Shown piece by piece: positions 49,855 to 60,900 of a stretch of 64,000 nt of DNA. The position numbers were made by a program, and so were the translations under genes. The stretch's first letter is position 1. Every line of letters starts with the position of its first letter. This stretch comes from Arenicellales bacterium (GTDB taxonomy: Bacteria; Pseudomonadota; Gammaproteobacteria; Arenicellales; Poriferihabitantaceae). The stretch spans positions 2,573,617 through 2,637,616 of the forward strand of contig OY843749.1 in NCBI GenBank assembly GCA_963693025.1, in the 5' to 3' direction. The notes below the pieces were generated by a model that made no database searches, had not been told where the DNA came from, and was given only the letters and a program-made list of their open reading frames with translations.

Positions 49855-50333
49855 ATGAAGCACGTCAATCTCGACCCCCGCCTCGAAAAGAAGAAGGAGG
49901 AAATCATGCAGGAGTTCCGCCGGACTAACGATGACGGACCCGCGACGGTGCGCGTGAAGCCGCCGACGCTCGCGTCCGCCACCGCCAAGCCGGTTGCCGC
50001 TGAGCCGACGACCGCCGACGCCTCACCGCCGTCCGGAGAAGTCCTGAAAGAGCGCGTAATCGACGCGCTGAAAAACATCTACGACCCCGAAATCCCGGTC
50101 AACATCTATGACCTCGGGTTGATTTACCGGGTCGAAATCACCGACGGTTTCGCCGCCATCGACATGACCCTGACGGCGCCCGGCTGCCCGGTGGCGCAGA
50201 CCTTCCCCGGCATGGTGGAGGGCGCGGTCAAACTCGTGCCGGGCATCGCCGATGCGACCGTGGAACTGGTGTGGGAGCCGCCGTGGACGCAGGCGTTGAT
50301 CAGCGAGGCGGCGCGTTTGGAACTGGGCTTGAT

Positions 50334-50337
<4 letters not shown>
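49855..50337 (+). CDS. sufT: DUF59/MIP18-family Fe-S assembly protein (SufT-like)
   Basis: IYDPEIPVNIYDLGLIY ... TLTAPGCP. The N-terminal about 60 aa are low complexity, so the true start may be internal. Confidence 0.8.
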
Positions 50338-52039
<1,702 letters not shown>

Positions 52040-52086
52040 GCGGCGGTTGCCTTGCGCCCACGGCTCCCCACCGCCCGAAAGATGAC

Positions 52087-53400
52087 ATGCCAGCGGTAAT
52101 CAACAGCGCCGACGACAGTTTTGAACGCGACTTGGCGCGCTTGCTGGCGCGAGACGATGCGTATGACCGCGCGGTGGAAGCGGCGGTGGCGGACATCATC
52201 GCCGAAGTTCGGCGAGACGGCGACGCCGCGCTGGTCGCGTTGACCGCGCGCCTCGACCGCCGCGAAATCACTACGGCGAAAGACCTCGAACTGCCGCGCG
52301 AGCAAATCGAAGCGGCGCCGGATGCCATCGCGCCCGAAGTCGCCGACGCATTGCGCGCCGCGGCGCACCGAATCGAGCAATACCACCGCCACGAAGCGCA
52401 GCAGTCGTGGCAGGTTGAGGAAGCCGACGGCACCCGGCTCGGGCAGCGCATCACGGCGCTCGCGCGGGTCGGTGTCTATGTGCCGGGCGGCAAGGCGGCA
52501 TACCCGTCGTCGGCGCTGATGACCATCATCCCCGCCAAGGTGGCGGGCGTCGGCGAAATCATCATGACCGTCCCGGCGCCGGGCGGCGAGGTCAACCCGG
52601 CGGTGCTGGCGGCGGCGGCGCTCGCCGGCGTTGACCGCGTGTTCACCATCGGCGGGGCGCAGGCGATTGCGGCGTTGGCGTATGCCACCGAAAGCGTGCC
52701 GGCGGTGGACAAAATCGTCGGACCGGGCAACAGTTATGTGGCGACCGCCAAGCGGCTGGTGTTCGGCAAGGTCGGCATCGACATGATTGCGGGACCTTCC
52801 GAGGTGGTGGTCATCTGCGACCAGTCCGCCGACAGCGACTGGGTGGCGATGGACTTATTCGCCCAGGCCGAGCACGACGAGCGCGCGCAATCCATCGCCA
52901 TCACCGACAGCGACGCGATGGTCACCGCCATCCGGCGCTCGATGGAGCAACTGCTGCCGCAACTGGAGCGCCGCGCCATCATCGAATCCGCGCTCGCCCG
53001 CCACGGCGCGATTATCAAGGTCGCCGACCTGCGCGCCGCGGTGGCGCTGTCCAACCGCATCGCGCCGGAGCATCTCGAGTTGATGGTGGCGCAGCCGCAG
53101 CGGTTGCTCGACGCCGTTCGGCACGCCGGCGCTATTTTTGTCGGCGCGCACAGCGCCGAAGCGCTCGGCGATTACTGCGCCGGACCCAACCACGTGCTGC
53201 CGACCGCCGGCGCCGCCCGCTTCAGTTCGCCGCTCGGTGTGTATGACTTCCAGAAGCGCAGCAGCGTGATTTGCGCGAGCCGCGAAGGCGCTGCGAAAAT
53301 GGCGGCAATCGCCTCCACGCTGGCGCGTTGCGAAGGTCTCGACGCGCACGCGCGCGCGGCGGAATACCGCCTGTCGTCTCCCAAACAAACGCGCAAGTGA
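52087..53400 (+). CDS. hisD: Histidinol dehydrogenase
   Basis: 437 aa. VGVYVPGGKAAYPSSALM, IAGPSEV, QAEHDE. Confidence 0.93.
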   Translation: MPAVINSADDSFERDLARLLARDDAYDRAVEAAVADIIAEVRRDGDAALVALTARLDRREITTAKDLELPREQIEAAPDAIAPEVADALRAAAHRIEQYHRHEAQQSWQVEEADGTRLGQRITALARVGVYVPGGKAAYPSSALMTIIPAKVAGVGEIIMTVPAPGGEVNPAVLAAAALAGVDRVFTIGGAQAIAALAYATESVPAVDKIVGPGNSYVATAKRLVFGKVGIDMIAGPSEVVVICDQSADSDWVAMDLFAQAEHDERAQSIAITDSDAMVTAIRRSMEQLLPQLERRAIIESALARHGAIIKVADLRAAVALSNRIAPEHLELMVAQPQRLLDAVRHAGAIFVGAHSAEALGDYCAGPNHVLPTAGAARFSSPLGVYDFQKRSSVICASREGAAKMAAIASTLARCEGLDAHARAAEYRLSSPKQTRK

Positions 53401-53407
53401 GTCACGC

Positions 53408-54520
53408 ATGAGCGCCAAGCCTGACAACGCGGATTCCGATTGCGAGCGCATCAGCGTGTGGGTGCGCAAGGAGGTGCTGGCGGCGGCGGCTTATCAAGTG
53501 CCGCCGGCGGACGGGCTGATTAAACTCGACGCGATGGAAAACCCCTATCCGCTGCCGGACGAACTCAAACCGCAGTGGCTCGCGCGCCTCGGCGAGGCGG
53601 ACATCAACCGCTATCCCGACCCGCACTGCGCCGCGCTCAAACGCCAACTGCGCGCCACCTTCGACATCGCCGACGCGCACGGCGTGGTGCTCGGCAACGG
53701 CTCGGATGAATTGATTCAGATGATTGCGCTACTGGTCGGCGGACCGGGACGCTGCATCCTCGCGCCGACGCCGACCTTTTCGATGTATGCGTTGATTGCG
53801 GCGTTCACCGGCGCCGAATTTGCCGGCGTGCCGCTGCGCGCCGACTTCAGCCTGGACGGCGATGCGCTGCTCGACGCCATTCGCCGCCACCAACCGGCGT
53901 GCGTGTTCCTGGCATACCCCAACAACCCCACCGGCAACTGCTTTGACGAAGCCGTGATTGCCGAAGTGCTGGCACATGCGCCGGGGTTGGTGGTGCTGGA
54001 CGAAGCGTATTTTTCATTTTGCCGGCGCAGTTTCCTCGCGCACCTCGCGCGCCACCCGCACCTGCTCATTCTGCGCACGCTCTCCAAAAGCGGCATGGCG
54101 GGGCTGCGGCTCGGACTGCTGGTCGCGCATCCGCGCTGGGCGGAGCAACTGGAGAAGGTGCGGCTGCCCTATAACATCAACAGCCTGACGCAGTTGAGCG
54201 CGGCGTTCTATCTTGAGCACCACGACGTCATGCAACGCCAAGCCGAGCGCATCATCCGCCACCGCCAGGACTTGCTGGACCAACTCGCTGAGCTGGAGAG
54301 TGAACCAACGGTGCGCGCCTTCCCGAGCGACGCCAATTTCATCCTGTTCCGGTTGGAGCGGGGCGCGGAGCAAATCCACGCCCGCCTCGTGGAGCGCGGA
54401 GTTCTGGTCAAGAACCTGCACCGCGCCGGCACGCCGCTGGAAAACTGCCTGCGCGTGACCGTCGGTACCGAGGACGAAAACAACCGCTTTGTTGAAGCGT
54501 TGCGCGACAGTCTGAAATAG
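53408..54520 (+). CDS. hisC: Histidinol-phosphate aminotransferase
   Basis: 370 aa. LDAMENPYPLP and the PLP-lysine region TLSKSGMAGLRLG. Confidence 0.9.
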   Translation: MSAKPDNADSDCERISVWVRKEVLAAAAYQVPPADGLIKLDAMENPYPLPDELKPQWLARLGEADINRYPDPHCAALKRQLRATFDIADAHGVVLGNGSDELIQMIALLVGGPGRCILAPTPTFSMYALIAAFTGAEFAGVPLRADFSLDGDALLDAIRRHQPACVFLAYPNNPTGNCFDEAVIAEVLAHAPGLVVLDEAYFSFCRRSFLAHLARHPHLLILRTLSKSGMAGLRLGLLVAHPRWAEQLEKVRLPYNINSLTQLSAAFYLEHHDVMQRQAERIIRHRQDLLDQLAELESEPTVRAFPSDANFILFRLERGAEQIHARLVERGVLVKNLHRAGTPLENCLRVTVGTEDENNRFVEALRDSLK

Positions 54521-54530
54521 CGGCGCGCGC

Positions 54531-54806
<276 letters not shown>

Positions 54807-54825
54807 TTACGCGCGCCGTCGCGCG

Positions 54826-55314
54826 CTATTCGGGAGGCTCGAATTTTTCTTTCAACGCGCGCAAGGTTTCGGCATGCACGAATGCGCCGATGTCGCCGCC
54901 GTGGCGCGCGATTTCCTTAATCAGCGAAGCGGACACGAAAGTATAATGCTCCGCCGGCGCGAGAAACACCGTCTCCAGTTGCGGGTCCAGCCGGCGGTTC
55001 ATCGACGCCAGTTGAAACTCATACTCAAAATCGGACACCGCGCGCAACCCCCGCAGAATCACTCCGGCGTTGGACTGACGGGCGAAGTCGATCAGCAAAC
55101 CCGAAAAGCCGACCACCTCAACGTTGTCGATTTCGCACAACGCCTTGCGCGCCAAACCGATGCGCTCGGTCAGCGAGAACACGGGAAATTTTTCCGCGTT
55201 GTCGGCAATCGCCAGAATGATGCGGTCGAACATACGCGCCGCGCGCACCACCAGGTCGCTGTGGCCATTGGTAATCGGGTCGAAGGTGCCCGGATAGACT
55301 GCGATTTTTTTCAT
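54826..55314 (-). CDS. coaD: Phosphopantetheine adenylyltransferase
   Basis: [18 protein letters not shown]. Start chosen at ATG 55314 within ORF 54826..55395. Confidence 0.93.
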   Translation of the reverse strand: MKKIAVYPGTFDPITNGHSDLVVRAARMFDRIILAIADNAEKFPVFSLTERIGLARKALCEIDNVEVVGFSGLLIDFARQSNAGVILRGLRAVSDFEYEFQLASMNRRLDPQLETVFLAPAEHYTFVSASLIKEIARHGGDIGAFVHAETLRALKEKFEPPE

Positions 55315-55898
55315 ATCTGAACCAGCGTTGATTGAACCATGCCGCGCCGCTTTTGCCGAATGATATGCCATTCGGACGGAATGGGTAAGGGGCAATCGGT
55401 GCGCGGCGACTCGATATACACCAGCGCATCCGGGTTCAGGAGGCCGCGCGCGCGCAAGTTTTCGCAGGTTGCCCCGATGAGACGGTTGTCGTCGTCGAAC
55501 GGCGGGTCGAGGAAGACGATGTCAAATCGGTATGCGCCGCCGCCATCGTCACCGCCATCGTGCCGTTGCAAAAACGCCTCCGCCGTCCCGGCAAAAATCG
55601 CCACCTGATTTTCCGCCCGCAATGCGTCCCGGTTGACGCGCAACAGGCCGACCGCTTTGGGGTTGGACTCGACCATCGTCACCGCCGACGCCCCGCGCGA
55701 AGCGGCTTCAAAACCGAATGCGCCGCTGCCGGCAAACAAGTCCAGGCAGGACTTGTCGCACAACCGGTGCGGCAACCAGTTGAACAAGGTCTCGCGCACC
55801 GCATCCGGTGACGGTCGCAAGCCCGCCGTGGCGGCGAGGCGCAACCGGCGGCTCTTCCACCGCCCGCCGATGATTCGGACTTGCCCTCCCTTTTTCAT
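55311..55898 (-). CDS. rsmD: 16S rRNA (guanine966-N2)-methyltransferase
   Basis: [19 protein letters not shown]... and the VFLDPPF motif. The ORF is open up to 56003, which would add a GDRS-repeat extension. Confidence 0.88.
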   Translation of the reverse strand: MKKGGQVRIIGGRWKSRRLRLAATAGLRPSPDAVRETLFNWLPHRLCDKSCLDLFAGSGAFGFEAASRGASAVTMVESNPKAVGLLRVNRDALRAENQVAIFAGTAEAFLQRHDGGDDGGGAYRFDIVFLDPPFDDDNRLIGATCENLRARGLLNPDALVYIESPRTDCPLPIPSEWHIIRQKRRGMVQSTLVQI

Positions 55899-55937
55899 CG
55901 AAGCCGACCGCGTGCGCTCGCGCGATGTCCCGCCGAA

Positions 55938-55973
55938 GCGGTCGTCGCTGCGGTCGCCGCTGCGGTCGCCGTT
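55938..55973. repeat. 12-bp tandem repeat x3 (GCGGTCGYCGYT)
   Basis: gcggtcgtcgct gcggtcgccgct gcggtcgccgtt, read directly. Located in the rsmD/ftsY divergent region. Confidence 0.8.
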
Positions 55974-56044
55974 ATGGAGTGGGTTTCTTTCGTTGCGTGT
56001 CATATGCCACCTCCGTTGCGATTACTACGCCGCGCGCGCCTTCA

Positions 56045-57025
56045 ATGATACGATACGCGCTTTCCGGCAACCTCGGCAACCCACACATGCACGCCCCTCG
56101 CCCCCCGCCCGCCGACAGCGGCGGTTTGTTCGCCCGGCTGGCGAAGACCCGGCGCGGGTTGGCGAGCAGCCTCGCCGGGCTCTTCGGCGGCGGCGCGATC
56201 GACGATGCGCTGTTGGATGAATTGCACGACCATCTGTTGCTGGCGGATGTCGGCGTAGGCGCGAGCGAGCGCATTATAAACCGCGTGCGGCGCGACGCCA
56301 ACGCCGGCGCGCCGGGCGACTTGCTCGACTCGTTGCGCGCGGCGCTGGCCGACCTGCTTGCGCCGTGCGAGCAACCGCTCGTCATCACCGAGACGCCCTT
56401 CGTCATCTTGATGGTCGGGGTCAACGGCGTCGGCAAGACCACCACGCTGGCGAAACTCGCCGCCCGCTTGCAGCACGAAAATCGCAAGGTCATGCTGGCG
56501 GCCTGCGACACCTTCCGCGCCGCCGCCATCGAGCAACTGCAAACCTGGGGGCAACGGCTGGACGTGCCGGTCATCGCGCAATCCCACGGCGCCGACCCCG
56601 CCGCCGTCGCGCACGACGCATGCAACGCCGCCCACGCCCGCGCGGCGGACGTGCTGCTAATCGACACCGCCGGTCGCCAACACACCCACGACGGCCTGAT
56701 GGAGCAACTAAAAAAAATAGCGCGAGTAGTGCGTAAAGCCAACCCAACCACCCCCCAATTCCCCGGCGAAATCCTGCTAACCGTAGACGCCGGCAACGGC
56801 CAAAACGCCCTCTCCCAAGCAACCCACTTCCAACAAGCCGCAGGCCTCGACGGGCTATGCATAACCAAACTGGACGGCAGCGCCAAAGGCGGAACGGTAA
56901 TAGCCCTGGCCGAGAGCTTCCAACTCCCCATCCGCTACATCGGCACCGGTCAAGAACCCGAAGACCTCCACCCTTTCTCTGCCGAAGACTTTATCCAAGC
57001 GTTGTTGCCGGAAGCGGTGTTGTAG
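56045..57025 (+). CDS. ftsY: Signal recognition particle receptor FtsY (NG-only short form)
   Basis: GVNGVGKTTT, DTAGR, TKLDGSAKGG. The start is uncertain (ATG 56045 or 56087). Confidence 0.9.
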   Translation: MIRYALSGNLGNPHMHAPRPPPADSGGLFARLAKTRRGLASSLAGLFGGGAIDDALLDELHDHLLLADVGVGASERIINRVRRDANAGAPGDLLDSLRAALADLLAPCEQPLVITETPFVILMVGVNGVGKTTTLAKLAARLQHENRKVMLAACDTFRAAAIEQLQTWGQRLDVPVIAQSHGADPAAVAHDACNAAHARAADVLLIDTAGRQHTHDGLMEQLKKIARVVRKANPTTPQFPGEILLTVDAGNGQNALSQATHFQQAAGLDGLCITKLDGSAKGGTVIALAESFQLPIRYIGTGQEPEDLHPFSAEDFIQALLPEAVL

Positions 57026-57045
57026 TTTTTTTTCATGACTGCTTA

Positions 57046-57063
57046 CCTCGTCATTCACCACTT
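57046..57063 (-). repeat. Stutter copy of the MITE outer terminus
   Basis: cctcgtcattcaccactt immediately precedes cctcgtcattctcgaatg. Confidence 0.65.
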
Positions 57064-57066
57064 CCT

Positions 57067-57266
57067 CGTCATTCTCGAATGATAGAAAAATAAGGAGCGA
57101 CAGCGACTATATTTTTCATCACCTTCGGGAATCTCCCTAAGGCTACCGTGAATTTTACCGAAGCCCGTGCCAACCTGAGGGAGATTCCCGAGGACGCAAG
57201 TGTCCGTAAGCCGCCGCTTAAAAGAAGAAGCGCGGCGGCAACGGACACTAACGCTCGAGAATGACG
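57067..57266 (-). mobile_element. MITE-like TIR element, short form (200 bp), reverse
   Basis: CGTCATTCTCGAATG at 57067 and CGCTCGAGAATGACG at 57252-57266. Confidence 0.85.
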
Positions 57267-57274
57267 AGTTGTAG

Positions 57275-57305
57275 CGTCATTCCCGAACGGTAGAAAATAG
57301 GGAGC
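57275..57305 (-). repeat. Solo right end of the MITE (reverse)
   Basis: CGTCATTCCCGAACGGTAGAAAATAGGGAGC. Confidence 0.8.
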
Positions 57306-57315
57306 CCCCCAACTT

Positions 57316-57580
57316 CGTCATTCTCGAATGATAGAAAAATAAGGAACGACAGCGACTATATTTTTGTTTGTATCATCCCTGATACAAACCCTTCGGGCTA
57401 CGCGAAAATCCGCTCCCGGCGGATTTTTCATCACCTTCGGGAATCTCCCTAAGGCTAGCGTGGACTTTCAACAAAGCCCGTGCCAGTCGTAGGGAGATTC
57501 CCGAGGACGTAAGTGTCCGTAAGCCGCCGCTTAAAAGAAAAAGCGCGGCGACCAACGGACACTAACGCTCGAGAATGACG
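57316..57580 (-). mobile_element. MITE-like TIR element, long form (265 bp), reverse
   Basis: CGTCATTCTCGAATG at 57316 and CGCTCGAGAATGACG at 57566-57580. Nested module at 57366-57422. Confidence 0.85.
57366..57422 (-). repeat. Nested two-hairpin mini-module
   Basis: Reverse complement of the 5580-5636 module at the equivalent insertion point. Confidence 0.75.
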
Positions 57581-57604
57581 AAGTTGTGGTGGTGGCGGCG
57601 GCGG

Positions 57605-57629
57605 CGGACACTAACGCTCGAGAATGACG
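57605..57629 (-). repeat. Solo left end of the MITE (reverse)
   Basis: GGACACTAACGCTCGAGAATGACG, ending 7 nt before the infA stop codon. Confidence 0.8.
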
Positions 57630-57635
57630 AGTAAA

Positions 57636-57854
57636 TCACCGCGCCCGAAAAGTAATCCGCCCCTTCGACAAATCATAAGGTGTAAGTTGTACGGTCACCT
57701 GGTCGCCGCGGAGGATTCGGATGTAGTGTTTTCGCATTTTGCCGGAGATGTGGGCGATGACTTCGTGGCCGTTTTCGAGTTCTACGCGGAAACGGGTGTT
57801 TGGCAGGGTTTCGATAATCGTTCCCGCCATCTCGATGCTTTCTTCTTTTGCCAT
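57636..57854 (-). CDS. infA: Translation initiation factor IF-1
   Basis: 72 aa, [48 protein letters not shown]... Confidence 0.97.
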   Translation of the reverse strand: MAKEESIEMAGTIIETLPNTRFRVELENGHEVIAHISGKMRKHYIRILRGDQVTVQLTPYDLSKGRITFRAR

Positions 57855-57943
57855 GCGCTCAGTGCGAAATAATGAAGGGCGGAGTGTACTCAAGATTGCC
57901 GTTGGATACAAACGAAAGCGCGCGCGGATTCACGCCGTGCGAC

Positions 57944-60900
57944 TCAGTGCAACCGCTCCAACTCAACCAACAACACCGACAGCATTGCAAAGTCGGGGGC
58001 GTGTTCGGCTTTTAGGGTGGCGGTCATGTCGGCGATTTGTTGGATTGGGTGGCGGTTGGCGTCGAGCCAGTGGGTTAGCATGGCGTTGGGCGATGCGGCG
58101 CCTTTGCCTGACAGCACCTTGGCGGTGACGGCGGTGTGGCTGGCGCGCAGGTCGTTGCTGAGGGCGAAGCGCGCGCGCTCGTGCCAGTCGTTGCCCGCCG
58201 GCAGCGAGTCGATGGTTTGCTCCAGCCAGTCCAGACCGAGCGTTTCGCGGATGCGGAAATAGACCGCGGCGGTGTGCGCGATGCCGCGTTTGCCGTGCGC
58301 CGCCAGGTCGGCGATGTCGACCGCGTAGCCGAGCGCGGGCAATGCCGCGATTTGCGCGGCGAGCGCGGGAGGCGCGCCGTCCGCCGCCCCTTTCGCGGCG
58401 CGTTTTTCGAGCGCGGCGAGGGCGCCGGGTCCGAGCGTTTTTTTCAGCAGCGATTTGAGTTTGACGCAGCCGGGGCGGAAGGTTGAAACCAGCCGGCGGA
58501 TGTTCAGCGGACCCGTTTGATTGTGCAGTAGCCAGGCGACGCACAATCGCATCGCGGCGGCGGTTTGCTCGAGCATTTCAATTTGCGCGCGCGCGCCGAC
58601 TCGGTTGTCCAGCGCTTCGATGTCGGCGCGGATGCGCGGCGTGTCGAGAATGTCTCTGGCGGCGATGTAGGCGCGGGTGATGTCGTCGGCGTCGCGCCCG
58701 GTCAGCGCCGCGAAGCGCAGGTGGAAATTCGGACCCATCGCGCCGACCAAGTTGTTGGTGATTTGGGTTGCGATGATTTCCCGTTTGAGCCGGTGGGCGC
58801 GCACCAGTCGGGGGTATTTCTTCGCCAGTAGCGGCGGAAAGTAGCGGTCGATTTCCGGCGCCAGATAGGTGTCGTCGGGCACATCCGACGCCAGCAATGC
58901 GCGGCACAAATCCATCTTGCCATACGACAGCAAGACCGCCAGTTCGGGGCGCGTCAGCCACTTGCCCGCCTCAAACCGCTCGTCAATGGCGGCGTTGTCG
59001 GGCAGGAATTCGATTTCGCGGTGCAGCAATCCTTTGGCTTCGAGCGCGTCGATGGCGCGCGACTGCTGCGGCATCTGCGTCGTGGCGCGCGCCGCCTCCA
59101 CGCTGAGCGCCTGCGCCTGCGCGTAGTTGTTGCCCAGCACCAGCGCGCCGACCTCGTCCTCCATCTTCGCCAGCAACGCGTTGCGCCGCTCCGGCGCCAG
59201 CAACTTGCGTTGAATCGCTGCGTTCAACAAGATTTTGATGTTGACCTCGTGGTCGGATGTGTCGACGCCGGCGGAGTTGTCAATCGCGTCGGTGTAGCAG
59301 AGCCCGCCGCCGAGGGCATATTCAACGCGCGCCAGTTGCGTCATGCCGAGATTGCCGCCTTCGCCAATTACCTTGCAGCGCAGTTGGCTCGCGTCGACGC
59401 GCAAGCCGTCGTTGTTTTTGTCCTGCGCGGCGGCGTCGGTCTCGGCGCTTGCCTTGACATAGGTGCCGATGCCGCCGTTCCACAGCAGTTCAACCTCGGC
59501 TTTGAGGATGAGGTTGATGAGGTCGTCCGGGGCGACTTTGTCGCGGCTTGCGCCGAGGGCTTTTTTGGCTTGCTTGGAGAGCGTGACGGATTTCGCGCTG
59601 CGCTCGAACACGCCGCCGCCGGCGGAGATTAACTCGCGCCGGTAATCGTCCCACGAGGAGCGCGGCAGTTTAAACAGGCGCTTCCTTTCCTTGTAGCCGG
59701 CGGCGGCGTCCGGCGCCGGGTCGATGAAAATGTGGCGATGGTTGAAAGCCGCGACCAGCCGAATGTGCTTGGACAGCAGCATGCCGTTGCCGAACACATC
59801 GCCCGCCATGTCGCCGATGCCGGCGACGGTGAAATCGGTGGACTGAATGTCCTTGCCGAGTTCGCGGAAGTGCCGCTTGACCGATTCCCACGCGCCGCGG
59901 GCGGTGATGCCCATCTTCTTGTGGTCGTAGCCGGCGGAGCCGCCCGAGGCGAAGGCATCGCCGAGCCAGAATTGGTAGTCCTGCGACAGGTCGTTGGCGA
60001 TGTCGGAAAAGGTGGCGGTGCCTTTGTCCGCCGCCACCACCAAATACGGGTCGTCGCCGTCGATGCGCACCACATCCTTCGGCGGAATCACCTTGTTGCC
60101 CGAGAGGTTGTCGGTGAGGTCGAGCAAGCCGCTGATGAACACGCGGTAACACGCGACCACTTCGCGCTGGATGGCGTCGCGCCCGGTTTCGGGCAGGCGC
60201 TTGGCGACGAATCCGCCCTTGGAGCCGACCGGCACGATGACCGCGTTCTTGACGCGCTGCGCCTTGACCAGCCCCAGCACCTCGGTGCGAAAATCTTCGG
60301 GGCGCTCCGACCAGCGCAAGCCGCCGCGCGCGACCTTGCCGCCGCGCAGGTGCACGCCTTCGACGCGCGGCGAATAGACGAAGATTTCATACTCCGGCGC
60401 CGGTTCGGGAATGCGCGGGATGGCGCGCGAGTTGAGTTTCAATGCGAGGTAGGGTTTGCCGCCGCCGTGCTTGTCGGACTGGTAGTAGTTGGTGCGCAAG
60501 GTGGCGTCGATGACGTCGAGCAACGCGTGCAGGATGCGGTCTTCGTCGAGGGTGGCGACTTGTTCGAGTTGGCGCGCAATCGCCGACTTGATTTTGCGCA
60601 AGCCCGCGCCCTGGCTTTTGCCTTTGCGTTGCAGCGCCGGGTTGAAGCGGGCGTCGAAAAAGTCGGCGATTGAAACCACCAGTTCGGGGTTGTTGGCGAG
60701 CGCTTCGATGATGTAGTGCTCGCTGTATCGCAGCCGAATTTGTTTGAGGTAGCGGTAGTAGGCGCGCAGCAGGCTGGTCTGTTTCCAGTTCAACCCCGCC
60801 AGCAGCGTGAGTTGATTGAAGCCGTCGTTTTCGATGTTCGCGTGCCACGCCTGCGTGAAGGTGGACTGGAAGTTTTCCGCGCCGGCGTCGATGTCAAACT

